A stretch of 64,000 nt of DNA, from positions 5,464 through 69,463 of the forward strand of contig JBLKOQ010000002.1 in the NCBI GenBank assembly GCA_047602885.1. The letters are read 5' to 3'. The notes under the pieces were generated by a model that saw nothing but the letters and a program-made list of their open reading frames with translations, did no database searches and was not told where the DNA came from. The position numbers and the translations under genes were made by a program. This document shows positions 27,503-36,732 of this stretch, in pieces (the first letter of the stretch is position 1; every line of letters starts with the position of its first letter). The stretch comes from Candidatus Woesearchaeota archaeon. GTDB lineage: Archaea; Nanobdellota; Nanobdellia; Woesearchaeales; WAPJ01.

Positions 27503-29482
27503 ATGGCATTGTCCAAGAAAGTGTCTAAAGTGACTAAGACCAAGTCCAAGCCTGCTCAGGAGAAGAAGAAAGAGTCAGAATACTCTTTTGAAACAACAGC
27601 AGACCTTCCAGTATCTAATAAGATAGTAGAACAGGTAGTAGGACAAGAGCACGCTGTAGAGGTTATAAAGAAGGCTGCCAAGCAGAGGCGTCACGTCCTA
27701 TTGATAGGAGAGCCTGGTACAGGAAAAAGTATGCTGGGACTCGCATTAGCAGAATTATTGCCTAACGAGAACCTTGTAGACATACTATCCTATCCTAACC
27801 CTAATGATGATAACCAACCAATAATTAGGACTGCTCCTAGGGGCAAGAGCAGGGAGATGATACAAAAAGCCCGTATAGAGAATACTGGGAGCATGTTCAG
27901 GGGCAACTATTGGATTATGATACTCTTATTCATACTCTCTATAGTCGCACCATGGTATGCCTTTAATTATTACGGATACAGAATAGAAGGCGCGTCATTA
28001 TTGTTGGGTGGCATAATGTTCTTTGCATTCTTTATAGGGAGCATGTTCTTCATCTTATTATTTATAGTGATGATGAACCTTTCCAAGCGCTTCGAGGCAA
28101 AAGTATTGGTTCCTAAAATTATTGTAGATAATACTAGTAGAGAGCAAGCACCTTTCCTGGATGCTACGGGTAGTCATGCAGGAGCACTATTGGGGGATGT
28201 ATTGCATGATCCTTTCCAGTCAGGAGGTCTAGGTACTCCTCCCCATGAGAGAGTGGTTGCTGGGATGATACACAAGTCTCATCTCGGAGTATTGTTTATT
28301 GACGAAATATCTACTTTGCATCCTGCTACTCAGCAGGAATTGTTGACTGCAATGCAGGAAGGAAAGTCTCCTATTACCGGTCAGAGCGAGAGGTCTGCAG
28401 GAGCCATGGTTAGGACTGAGCCTGTCCCTTGCAAGTTCGTACTGGTAGCAGCAGGCAATTATGATACTATTAGGATGATGCATCCCGCTCTCCGATCCAG
28501 AATTAGGGGTTATGGTTATGAGGTTCATATGAATGATACTATGCCTGATAATCCTGAGAATAGGCGAAAACTCGCATTGTTTGTAAGCCAAGAAGTTACT
28601 AAGGACGGCAAAATACCACATTTTAGTTTTGATGCTGTAGAAAGAATAGTAGATGAGGCTAAGATGAGGGCCGGAAGAAAAGGACACTTAACACTGCGTT
28701 TAAGAGAGCTTGGAGGGATAATACGAGCTGCTGGTGATATGGCGTTAGAAGAGAATGCTAAGATAGTACTGCCTAAGCATATTGATAAAGCTAAGGGCAT
28801 TGCTAGGACTCTAGAACAGCAAATAGCAGACAAGTATATTGAACAGAAAAAAGAGTATGATGTTATAGTAACCAAAGGTTTGCGTGTAGGAAGGGTTAAT
28901 GGCCTAGCAGTAATAGGAGCTGGCTCTGCATTTTCTGGGATAATACTTCCTATAGAAGCCGAGGTTACTCCCGGAGGAAAGGACAGCAAGATTACTGCTA
29001 CCGGTAAGCTAGGTGATATTGCTAAAGAAGCTGTTATTAATGTGTCTGCTATTATCAAAAAATATTTTGGTGAGGATATTAAGGAGAAGTATGACTTGTA
29101 TGTACAGTTCTTGCAGACCCATGAGGGTGTAGAGGGTGATAGCGCTTCTATAGCCGTTGCTACTGCTATTATCAGCAGTCTCAAGGACATTTCTATCAGA
29201 CAGGATTATGCTATGACAGGCTCTCTTAGCGTTAGAGGAGAAGTATTGCCTGTAGGAGGCGTTTCGGCAAAGGTCGAGGCTGCTATTAACGCTGAACTCT
29301 CAGCTGTTATAGTACCCAAAACTAACATGAACGATATTGTGATTCCTAAAGAAAGATTATCCAAGATTAAGGTTATACCAGTAGATAATATCAGCCAGGT
29401 TTTAGAGCATGCTATGGACTGGTCTTCCAATAAAAGTATACTAAGAAAGATAAAAAAACATAGTAATATAAGCATCAAATAG
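27503..29482 (+). CDS. lonB: Membrane-bound archaeal Lon protease
   Basis: GEPGTGKS, two TM helices inside the AAA+ domain, GDSAS catalytic Ser and PVGGVSAK. Confidence 0.97.
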   Translation: MALSKKVSKVTKTKSKPAQEKKKESEYSFETTADLPVSNKIVEQVVGQEHAVEVIKKAAKQRRHVLLIGEPGTGKSMLGLALAELLPNENLVDILSYPNPNDDNQPIIRTAPRGKSREMIQKARIENTGSMFRGNYWIMILLFILSIVAPWYAFNYYGYRIEGASLLLGGIMFFAFFIGSMFFILLFIVMMNLSKRFEAKVLVPKIIVDNTSREQAPFLDATGSHAGALLGDVLHDPFQSGGLGTPPHERVVAGMIHKSHLGVLFIDEISTLHPATQQELLTAMQEGKSPITGQSERSAGAMVRTEPVPCKFVLVAAGNYDTIRMMHPALRSRIRGYGYEVHMNDTMPDNPENRRKLALFVSQEVTKDGKIPHFSFDAVERIVDEAKMRAGRKGHLTLRLRELGGIIRAAGDMALEENAKIVLPKHIDKAKGIARTLEQQIADKYIEQKKEYDVIVTKGLRVGRVNGLAVIGAGSAFSGIILPIEAEVTPGGKDSKITATGKLGDIAKEAVINVSAIIKKYFGEDIKEKYDLYVQFLQTHEGVEGDSASIAVATAIISSLKDISIRQDYAMTGSLSVRGEVLPVGGVSAKVEAAINAELSAVIVPKTNMNDIVIPKERLSKIKVIPVDNISQVLEHAMDWSSNKSILRKIKKHSNISIK

Positions 29483-29548
29483 TGACGAAAAAAGATAATT
29501 TTATAAACTAGTCCTTTATTGTTTATGTTAATAATTAGAGGTGGTATA

Positions 29549-30223
29549 ATGTCGTGGAATCAATTTTTCGGAGATTTGTTTCTTAATGTGTTGCCTGAGC
29601 TCTTGTTTAACGTCCTGATAGGATTGCTCATAATATTCTTGGGTATTGCCCTGGGATTTTTGGCTAAGAAGATTACTATGGGACTGCTTAAAGGCCTTAA
29701 GTTCGAAAAACTTATGGAACAGGTCAAGCTAAGCCATGCTTTTGGCAGTATTAGCGTTAGCGAAGTATTAGCTGACATATTGGAGGCTGTAGTAATCATT
29801 GCATTCCTCGCTCAGGGTCTGGATCAGATGGGACTATACTTATTGTCAGGCGCATTAACCTCTCTATTAGGATGGGTGCCTATGCTCCTTGCAGGATTGT
29901 TAATGCTAGCAGTATTCTACATACTGGCCAAGTATGTAGAATCGCGCATACAAGCATCCAATCTTGGCAATGCGGACAACATAGCAAAATATACGTTTGC
30001 AGCTATTATAGTAATAGGAGCTGTAGTGAGCCTAAGACAGGCAGGTCTTAACACTGCTTTCATAGAACAAGCATTATTGATAGTCGTGTTTGGATTTGCA
30101 TTGGCTTTCGCTCTTGCTGTAGGAATATCTATGGGACTAGGGCTTAAAGGAGATGCAAAGAAACTGGTAAGCAAGACTACAAAGCCTGCCACCAGAAAAA
30201 AGGCTAAGAGAAAGAAGAAATAA
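29549..30223 (+). CDS. Conserved TM-helix repeat protein (CmpX/MscS-TM-like)
   Basis: Two repeated hydrophobic units, ALAFALAVGISMGLGLK and a basic C-terminal tail. Confidence 0.8.
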   Translation: MSWNQFFGDLFLNVLPELLFNVLIGLLIIFLGIALGFLAKKITMGLLKGLKFEKLMEQVKLSHAFGSISVSEVLADILEAVVIIAFLAQGLDQMGLYLLSGALTSLLGWVPMLLAGLLMLAVFYILAKYVESRIQASNLGNADNIAKYTFAAIIVIGAVVSLRQAGLNTAFIEQALLIVVFGFALAFALAVGISMGLGLKGDAKKLVSKTTKPATRKKAKRKKK

Positions 30224-30241
30224 TGACAGGGGCCTGATAGT

Positions 30242-30955
30242 TTGGAACTGCCAGATATTGGTTATTTAAGAGAGAAAAAGCCTAGGATGCTCCTAGGTTT
30301 TCCGGGTTTTGGCATGGCCGGGAGCATCGCTTTGCAATACTTTATTGAGAATGCAAATGTGGAGTTTAAGGGTCGATTGGACTTTGAGGCTCCACAATTC
30401 TCTTTTATTGCAGTGCATGAAGGCAACATAGTATGGCCAGTATCACTATATTATGCTAATGAGCAGAACGTACTATTGGTACATTCCTTGGTTCCTCTTG
30501 CAGGTGCAGAAAAAGAGCTGTATGATAGCATATCTTCTATAGTAAAGACTGTTGATTCTGATATGATAATACTGCTTGAGAGCATAGCGTCTCCCGATAA
30601 TATGTCTCATAAGGTTTATTATCATACTGTAAGGCAGGAATGGAAGGATTTGGCTAACAGCAAGGGATACGACAGCCTGCAGGAAGGCATTATTATAGGA
30701 ATGTCAAGCAGGATACTGGCCGGCTTTGAGGATAATACTTTTGGAATATTCTGCGAGGCCAATATTGACATGCCCGACTCGGAAGCTGCAGCTGCTCTTA
30801 TCAAGGCGCTCGACGACATTTGGGGCTTTAATGTTGATTATGAGAAGCTAAAGGCTGTAAGCACTGCTTTCGAGGAGAAGCTCAAGACGATAGCCAGGAA
30901 GAGCAAGAACGCCCAGACTCTCAAGCAGAAGAACCAGATGTTCTATGTTGGATAG
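30242..30955 (+). CDS. PAC2-family proteasome assembly chaperone
   Basis: LGFPGFGMAGSIA, PDSEAAA and C-terminal FYVG. Confidence 0.88.
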   Translation: MELPDIGYLREKKPRMLLGFPGFGMAGSIALQYFIENANVEFKGRLDFEAPQFSFIAVHEGNIVWPVSLYYANEQNVLLVHSLVPLAGAEKELYDSISSIVKTVDSDMIILLESIASPDNMSHKVYYHTVRQEWKDLANSKGYDSLQEGIIIGMSSRILAGFEDNTFGIFCEANIDMPDSEAAAALIKALDDIWGFNVDYEKLKAVSTAFEEKLKTIARKSKNAQTLKQKNQMFYVG

Positions 30956-30989
30956 CAACAAAAAAAATTAGGATTAATATTATTAATCA

Positions 30990-31118
30990 TTGCTAATAAT
31001 TATTTGGCTTATTATAATTAATATATATGCACATTGCTTGATATATATTAGCATAATATTATCACAATATATGAGTATATCTATATATTTACTAGCATAT
31101 TTTTATCATATGGTAATA
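30990..31118. repeat. AT-rich arm L of a diverged inverted repeat (partner 34092..34240)
   Basis: 31081..31101 is the exact reverse complement of 34153..34173. 31092..31116 matches the reverse complement of 34094..34118 at 23/25. Confidence 0.8.
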
Positions 31119-31200
31119 ATGTTTTTTTTGTAATATAGAACTAAAAGAATTTATGGCTAAACAAGTAACTTTTTTATTGCCCCAAAGCAACCCTATCTAT

Positions 31201-31548
31201 ATGGCTATAGACTTTGCTTGCAATACTGTGACTGTAGACGAGCTATTGACATGCAGCTTTAACCTGACTAAAGGAGAACTACTAATATTTACATATTTCA
31301 TGAATAATCCCAAATCATTAACCATTAAGGAAATAGGATCTGCAGTTTCTATGGAAAGAAGCGGAGCCCAAAAAGCTGTAAAGAAACTTGTTGATGCTGG
31401 CTTATTGGAAAAGAGACAGGTGAATAATGAAAGAGGAGGGTTCTATTACAGGTATTATATTGCAGACAAGGAAGATATCAAGAAAAGGATACTTGAACTT
31501 ATAGACTCATGGTCATCCAAGGCAAAAAACGCTGTGCACAATATTTAA
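31201..31548 (+). CDS. TrmB/MarR-like winged-helix transcriptional regulator
   Basis: CSFNLTKGEL, HTH (ERSGAQKAVKKLVDAGLLEKRQ) and GGFYYRY. Confidence 0.88.
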   Translation: MAIDFACNTVTVDELLTCSFNLTKGELLIFTYFMNNPKSLTIKEIGSAVSMERSGAQKAVKKLVDAGLLEKRQVNNERGGFYYRYYIADKEDIKKRILELIDSWSSKAKNAVHNI

Positions 31549-31681
31549 GCAAAACCTAATTATTCTAATATATTACATAGATTAAATAATACTATCTATG
31601 ACAATAATTTATGCGCACAAAATTAGTATATTGTAATATTGGTCAGCTTATATTCTTTTGTAAAGCCCATATTTTCATAAT

Positions 31682-31779
31682 AATCAACAACCCCGCCCTA
31701 AAGGGAGCGATATGTTGGAGTTAATGGTTAAACTGCTATCGGACTAAAGACCGAAGTATGTACCCCGCCCATTAACAAT
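31682..31779 (+). mobile_element. Non-autonomous palindromic element (IS200/IS605-end or REP-like), family B copy 1
   Basis: 98 nt with two TAAA-loop hairpins, near-identical to 49177..49274 and 59691..59788. Confidence 0.75.
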
Positions 31780-31865
31780 CAAAGCAAAATCTTCTATGAG
31801 TGTCCTAAGAACATCATTATTAATGACAAAAAAACGGCTAAAACAACATAAAAAACCATTAAATT

Positions 31866-31893
31866 GCTTCGCATAATGAACCTTATGCGAAAT
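31866..31893. other. dif-like Xer recombination site
   Basis: GCTTCGCATAA-TGAACC-TTATGCGAAAT has 11-6-11 geometry with 9-bp perfect inverted arms and lies 1.4 kb from xerA. Confidence 0.85.
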
Positions 31894-31982
31894 ATAGTTA
31901 ATATGTGCATACAGCATTTATAAATGAAGTGTTATTTTGCTATATTTTGATAGTTTAGGCCGGCCCTTTTATAATAAAAATA

Positions 31983-33212
31983 CTATTCTAATAATCCCCT
32001 TGCTCCTAGCGCTTCTGTCATCCGCTTAATAGACAGATACAATGCTGCTTCCCTATGACTAACTTTTAGTTGGCTTCTTGTACGTTCAACTTCGTCATAT
32101 GCTCTTAGCATCTTTTCTTTTAGAGTATCATTAACTCTTTGTTCATCCCACCTTAATCCATATCTTCCCTGCACCCATTCAAAATAGGATACTGTAACTC
32201 CTCCGGCATTAACCAGTATGTCAGGCAATATTATAATATTCTTTTCTAATAATATTGGCTCTGCATCCTCCTTGGTAGGTCCATTGGCTATTTCGAGTAT
32301 TAATGATGCCTTAACAGTCTTGGCCCGTTTAGGGGTAATACTGTTTTCGAGAGCTGCAGGCACCAGTATATCGCATTCAAGTCCAAACAATTCATCATGA
32401 GTTATAACTTTTGTATCATCGTATCCTGCAAGAGTCTTGTTCTTTTGCTTGTGTTCTGATACTTTATTAACATCTATTCCATTAACATCATATAGTGCTG
32501 TAGTGCTGTCAGATACTCCTATAATGCTGTATCCTCTCTTATCCAATAATAGTGCAGCGTTCATACCCGCATTCCCAAAGCCTTCTATTACCACTCTCTT
32601 GCCTATATGACTGTTCTCTTCTACGGCTTTTTCCAATACATATACTGCTCCCAGGCTTGTTGCTATCTCTCTTCCTAGGGATCCTCCTAAGGCTAATGAT
32701 TTGCCTGTAATCATTCCTTTCTCATGGTTTCCTGTCAGTTTTTCGTACTCGTCAAGCATAATATCCATTATTCTACTGTTAGTGCCAACATCTGGAGCTG
32801 GAATATCGCTTGACTCCCCCAATATCTTGTGGAATGCCCTGATATATTCTCTTGATACCTTGTTTATGTCCTCGTCGTCATACTTTTTGGTGTTGATTAT
32901 TACTCCTCCTTTTCCTCCTCCGTAAGGAATGTCTATTAATGTGCATTTAAGCGTCATTAGTGCGCTTAGCAGTACTACTTCATCTTCAGTTACAGTATGA
33001 TGGTATCTTATTCCTCCTTTGGACGGGCCTCTTGCATGGCTGTGCTGGCTCCTGTAGGCTGTGAATGTTTCTATGCCTTTTTTTGTTCTTACTATGAGCT
33101 CTGCAGTATACAGTTTTTCGGGCCTCGAGAGTATTTTTCCTGCCTCTTTTGGCAAGCCGTGCTTGTCTATGATGCTGTTAATAGTGTGCCTGTAATTTGA
33201 TAGTGTTCCCAT
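31983..33212 (-). CDS. gdhA: Glutamate dehydrogenase
   Basis: GPSKGGIRY, PYGGGKGG, DIPAPDVGT, EGFGNAG and NAGGVTVSYFEW. Confidence 0.96.
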   Translation of the reverse strand: MGTLSNYRHTINSIIDKHGLPKEAGKILSRPEKLYTAELIVRTKKGIETFTAYRSQHSHARGPSKGGIRYHHTVTEDEVVLLSALMTLKCTLIDIPYGGGKGGVIINTKKYDDEDINKVSREYIRAFHKILGESSDIPAPDVGTNSRIMDIMLDEYEKLTGNHEKGMITGKSLALGGSLGREIATSLGAVYVLEKAVEENSHIGKRVVIEGFGNAGMNAALLLDKRGYSIIGVSDSTTALYDVNGIDVNKVSEHKQKNKTLAGYDDTKVITHDELFGLECDILVPAALENSITPKRAKTVKASLILEIANGPTKEDAEPILLEKNIIILPDILVNAGGVTVSYFEWVQGRYGLRWDEQRVNDTLKEKMLRAYDEVERTRSQLKVSHREAALYLSIKRMTEALGARGLLE

Positions 33213-33285
33213 GATTTGTTGTAACTCACAGTACATGATAAATATATCTTTTTTTGATAAGGTTTATTATTCATAGCATTATTCT

Positions 33286-34089
33286 TTGGTTATGGAAGAA
33301 TTAGAAAAGGTGGGTATTGAGATGCGACTTAGAGGATTCTCACCTAAAACTATCGACAGTTATATGCGCTATAATAAGGCTTTCTTGTCATATACTAATA
33401 TTGCTAGTGAGGATACGATTAAGGCTTTTCTTGCGGATGCTTTATCTAAAGGGAAGAGCGCGAGGACTGTGGCTCTCATGAGGTCCGCACTATTATTTTA
33501 TTATAATGATATTATGAAGATGAAAATGGATATTCCCTCACCTAAGATAGAAAAGAGTCTGCCCCCAGTATTGACTGTAAGGGAAATTGAGCTTCTTTTC
33601 GGGAGTGCGGGTAGCAAGAAGAGCGCTCTAATAATGAAAACATTATACAGTACTGGGATTAGAGTGTCTGAGCTTTGTAACCTAAAAAGAGACGATATTG
33701 ATTCTGATAATGGCTTTCTTACTGTTAGGATGGGCAAGGGAAAAAAAGCCAGAAGAACAGTCATAGACAAGAACTTAGCGTCACTATTGCTGGATATGGC
33801 TAATGAAGGTCATATTTTTTCTGCGAATAATGGCTCTAGACCGACTGAGAGGAGCATACAAATGATACTCGCAAGTGCCAGGAAAAGGTCTGGAATAACA
33901 AAAAAGGTCACTCCTCACACTCTAAGGCATAGTTTTGCCACTCACCTCCTCGAGAACGGCACTAGCATTAGAGTTATACAAGAGCTTTTAGGGCATGAGA
34001 ACCTGCAAACAACCCAGATATACACTCATATCTCTGAGAGAGAACTATCCAAAATTGTTAATCCTCTGTCCATGCTTAAGGAAGATTAG
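33286..34089 (+). CDS. xerA: Tyrosine recombinase XerA
   Basis: TGIRVSEL, GKGKK, HTLRHSFATHLLE and LGH...TTQIYTH (R-K-H-R-H-Y). Confidence 0.93.
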   Translation: MVMEELEKVGIEMRLRGFSPKTIDSYMRYNKAFLSYTNIASEDTIKAFLADALSKGKSARTVALMRSALLFYYNDIMKMKMDIPSPKIEKSLPPVLTVREIELLFGSAGSKKSALIMKTLYSTGIRVSELCNLKRDDIDSDNGFLTVRMGKGKKARRTVIDKNLASLLLDMANEGHIFSANNGSRPTERSIQMILASARKRSGITKKVTPHTLRHSFATHLLENGTSIRVIQELLGHENLQTTQIYTHISERELSKIVNPLSMLKED

Positions 34090-34091
34090 TT

Positions 34092-34240
34092 ATTTACCAT
34101 ATTATAAAAATGTGCTAGAAAGATACTGGCTATGACACAATATATTAATAATAATATGCTAGTAAATATATAGCAATTACAATAAAATATAAGCATAAAT
34201 ATATAATAAACATTAAGCAAATATTAATAAATACTAGCAA
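34092..34240. repeat. AT-rich arm R of a diverged inverted repeat (partner 30990..31118)
   Basis: See arm L. The arm contains repeated TAGCA/AAGCA and TGCTA motifs. Confidence 0.8.
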
Positions 34241-34253
34241 GATGTTATTGCTG

Positions 34254-34757
34254 CTAATCCAGAGTCACTATATTGTACTGTACCTGCGTGTGCATGAACT
34301 CCTTGTCGAGCTCCAATAGCACGTTGCCGTTAAGGAAACGCTTTACTACAGGTATGCCCTTCTCGAGCAATGATGATACGAGGTTAGACGAGTAGACCGT
34401 GCTTATGTCCATCTTGTCAGCTATTATTTCATAAGTAGTAAGGCTTTTTTTATGAGTGTTGGACATGAGCAGTGCCAATAGCTCTTCTTCCTCCCTGGAA
34501 AGTATTATGGTAGTAATCTCTTTCTTTTCTGTCATATTACCTCCTCGATAATACTCCATGGATTCCATTCTTTGAGAGATCTTATCTACCTTGTCGTTAA
34601 GCCGTGCCATATACTCATACAACGATCTTAGCTCAGTGTCGTTCTGGTTTATGCTGTCCAAATGGTCGTCTAGCTCTTCTTTAATCTTAGAAAATGCGAC
34701 TTTAAGCTCATCCCTTAATGATTCAACCTTGTCTTCTCCTCTCTTGGCAAAAAGCAC
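34254..34757 (-). CDS. Coiled-coil plus winged-helix DNA-binding protein
   Basis: N-terminal heptad helix, then LSREEEELL...YEIIADKMDIS...SLLEKGIPVVK. GTG start after GGTGGT. Confidence 0.8.
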   Translation of the reverse strand: MLFAKRGEDKVESLRDELKVAFSKIKEELDDHLDSINQNDTELRSLYEYMARLNDKVDKISQRMESMEYYRGGNMTEKKEITTIILSREEEELLALLMSNTHKKSLTTYEIIADKMDISTVYSSNLVSSLLEKGIPVVKRFLNGNVLLELDKEFMHTQVQYNIVTLD

Positions 34758-34822
34758 CTGACCACCTAAGCTGATTGTTCATATGACTATGCTTATATAG
34801 ATATTGGTTTTACAATAGACAT

Positions 34823-35428
34823 ATGGTTTCAAGAAAGTCAATAGCAGTAGAACTCTCAAGACTAAAATCATTGGATTCGCATAAGCTTGAGCTCGAACAG
34901 TATGAGACGGGTTCAGAGATAGCCTCAATACTGTTATGGCATGCTTATATGAGAGGGGATATTAGCAATAAAACGGTAGCAGACCTTGGTGCCGGCAATG
35001 GTATACTGGGCATAGGAGCATTAATGCTAGGAGCAAAACATGTTACTTTTTTAGAAAAAGATATTGACGCTGTCAATATTATGAGTAAGAATCTTAGTGA
35101 GTATGAAGAGGACTGTTATAATGTTATGCACAGTGACATATCTAAATATAACAGCATAGTGGATACTGTTATTATGAACCCTCCTTTTGGAGCGCAAATA
35201 AGGCATGCTGACGCTCCTTTTATTAACGCTGCACTTTCTTATGCTAACAAGTCTTATATTATTATACCTCCAGTATCACTGGATTATTACAAAAAGGCAG
35301 TAGGAGAAACGCATAGTTTAACAGTGCTGGACACTTTAAAGTATAGGATGCCCAAACATTATGATCATCAAAAAAAGATTACAGCCATAATAGAGGTAAT
35401 GATTATTGTTATCAATAAACAATCGTAA
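34823..35428 (+). CDS. METTL5-family N6-adenine RNA methyltransferase
   Basis: LEQYET, DLGAGNGILG and MNPPFG. Confidence 0.92.
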   Translation: MVSRKSIAVELSRLKSLDSHKLELEQYETGSEIASILLWHAYMRGDISNKTVADLGAGNGILGIGALMLGAKHVTFLEKDIDAVNIMSKNLSEYEEDCYNVMHSDISKYNSIVDTVIMNPPFGAQIRHADAPFINAALSYANKSYIIIPPVSLDYYKKAVGETHSLTVLDTLKYRMPKHYDHQKKITAIIEVMIIVINKQS

Positions 35429-36695
35429 GATTATATTAAAGAATATTGTATTGCTCTTAGGCATTACCGCTTACGCTTTTGTCATATTATATTATATTCC
35501 TATTATGGGATTATTATTGTTCGTTCCATTATACTATTATTCTATCAAAGCCAAAAACATACTAAGCGCTTTTATATTCGGTGCTTCTTTCGGATTATTG
35601 TATTATGCCACCGGCTTTTATTGGACTCAAGGACACGGATTAATGGTAACTCTATTGGGTTTTATTCTCTTCGGCTTATCTTTTGGCATGTTATCATTAC
35701 TTTCAAGGTATAGTGGAAATAAGTATTTTAAGGGATTATTTTTGATTAGTCTATATTGGCTGTTGCTATGCATTATTATGATGTCAACTACTGTAGGAGC
35801 TTATATGTTCATGTACGGCATATTCACTCCTGCGCCTAGCATACTGGCATACTATGCTGGACTCTTAGGTGTTTCTATTATTGCTATGTTATTCATGTAC
35901 AGCATAGGATTTTATTTATGTTATTACAAAAAACAATCATTGTATGGCACTATCATAATGATGCTCATATTATTGTTGCCCGTACACCTGTTTGTTGGTG
36001 TTCCTGAACCTTTGGGCATAAGAGTTAGTGCATTGCAGGACGATTATGATTATGACTGGGATGATAGGAGACGAGATATTATTGGTGAGACTCAACGGCA
36101 TATTGATATTAGCTCCCAAGCAATAGGCTATACTGATATTATAGTCTGGCCAGAGTTTTCTGTGAATGTAGATATCACTACTGAAGACTATTCTCATGTT
36201 CGAGAATTACTATTGTCTTTTGCAGAGCAAAACAATATTACTATAGTGATAGGAAGCTTATTGTCTGTAGGGGATAAGCATTATAATACTGCTATGATGA
36301 TTACTCCTGAAGGTCTACAACGAGATTATGTTACTAGCATTACACCAATATTCTTTACAGAATATACTATTAGGGGTACAGAACTATCTTATCTGCATTA
36401 TTATCATAATAATGGAATTGTTAGGATAGGAGTATTATTGTGTTATGAAGAATACCATACTGGTGCTAAGAAGGATTATGAGGATATTAACATTCTTTTT
36501 ATGATGACTGATTCGAGTGACCTGAAGTGGGGTAATAATGTAGCTGACCGTTTCGCAGCGTATAGGGCTGTAGAATATCGTGTTCCTGTAGTCAGGAGTG
36601 TTAATGGAGGCACTGCTATGATAGTGCAACCTAACGGCAAAATAGTAGCCAAAGGCAATAGGGGTGACATAACTGTTATTACTGCTATGATATAG
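35406..36695 (+). CDS. Apolipoprotein N-acyltransferase (Lnt)-like nitrilase-fold membrane protein
   Basis: About six N-terminal TM helices, IIVWPE, YNTA, LLCYE and RAVEYRVPVVRSVNGG. The start is approximate. Confidence 0.85.
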   Translation: MLSINNRKIILKNIVLLLGITAYAFVILYYIPIMGLLLFVPLYYYSIKAKNILSAFIFGASFGLLYYATGFYWTQGHGLMVTLLGFILFGLSFGMLSLLSRYSGNKYFKGLFLISLYWLLLCIIMMSTTVGAYMFMYGIFTPAPSILAYYAGLLGVSIIAMLFMYSIGFYLCYYKKQSLYGTIIMMLILLLPVHLFVGVPEPLGIRVSALQDDYDYDWDDRRRDIIGETQRHIDISSQAIGYTDIIVWPEFSVNVDITTEDYSHVRELLLSFAEQNNITIVIGSLLSVGDKHYNTAMMITPEGLQRDYVTSITPIFFTEYTIRGTELSYLHYYHNNGIVRIGVLLCYEEYHTGAKKDYEDINILFMMTDSSDLKWGNNVADRFAAYRAVEYRVPVVRSVNGGTAMIVQPNGKIVAKGNRGDITVITAMI

Positions 36696-36732
36696 CGAAA
36701 CGCTTAATAATAAGAAACGTTCAGGAATAGTT

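Noticed and set aside
33286..34089. xerA as a provirus or integron integrase
   Set aside because: No viral genes, att duplication or cassette array. A dif-like site nearby fits a chromosomal XerA.
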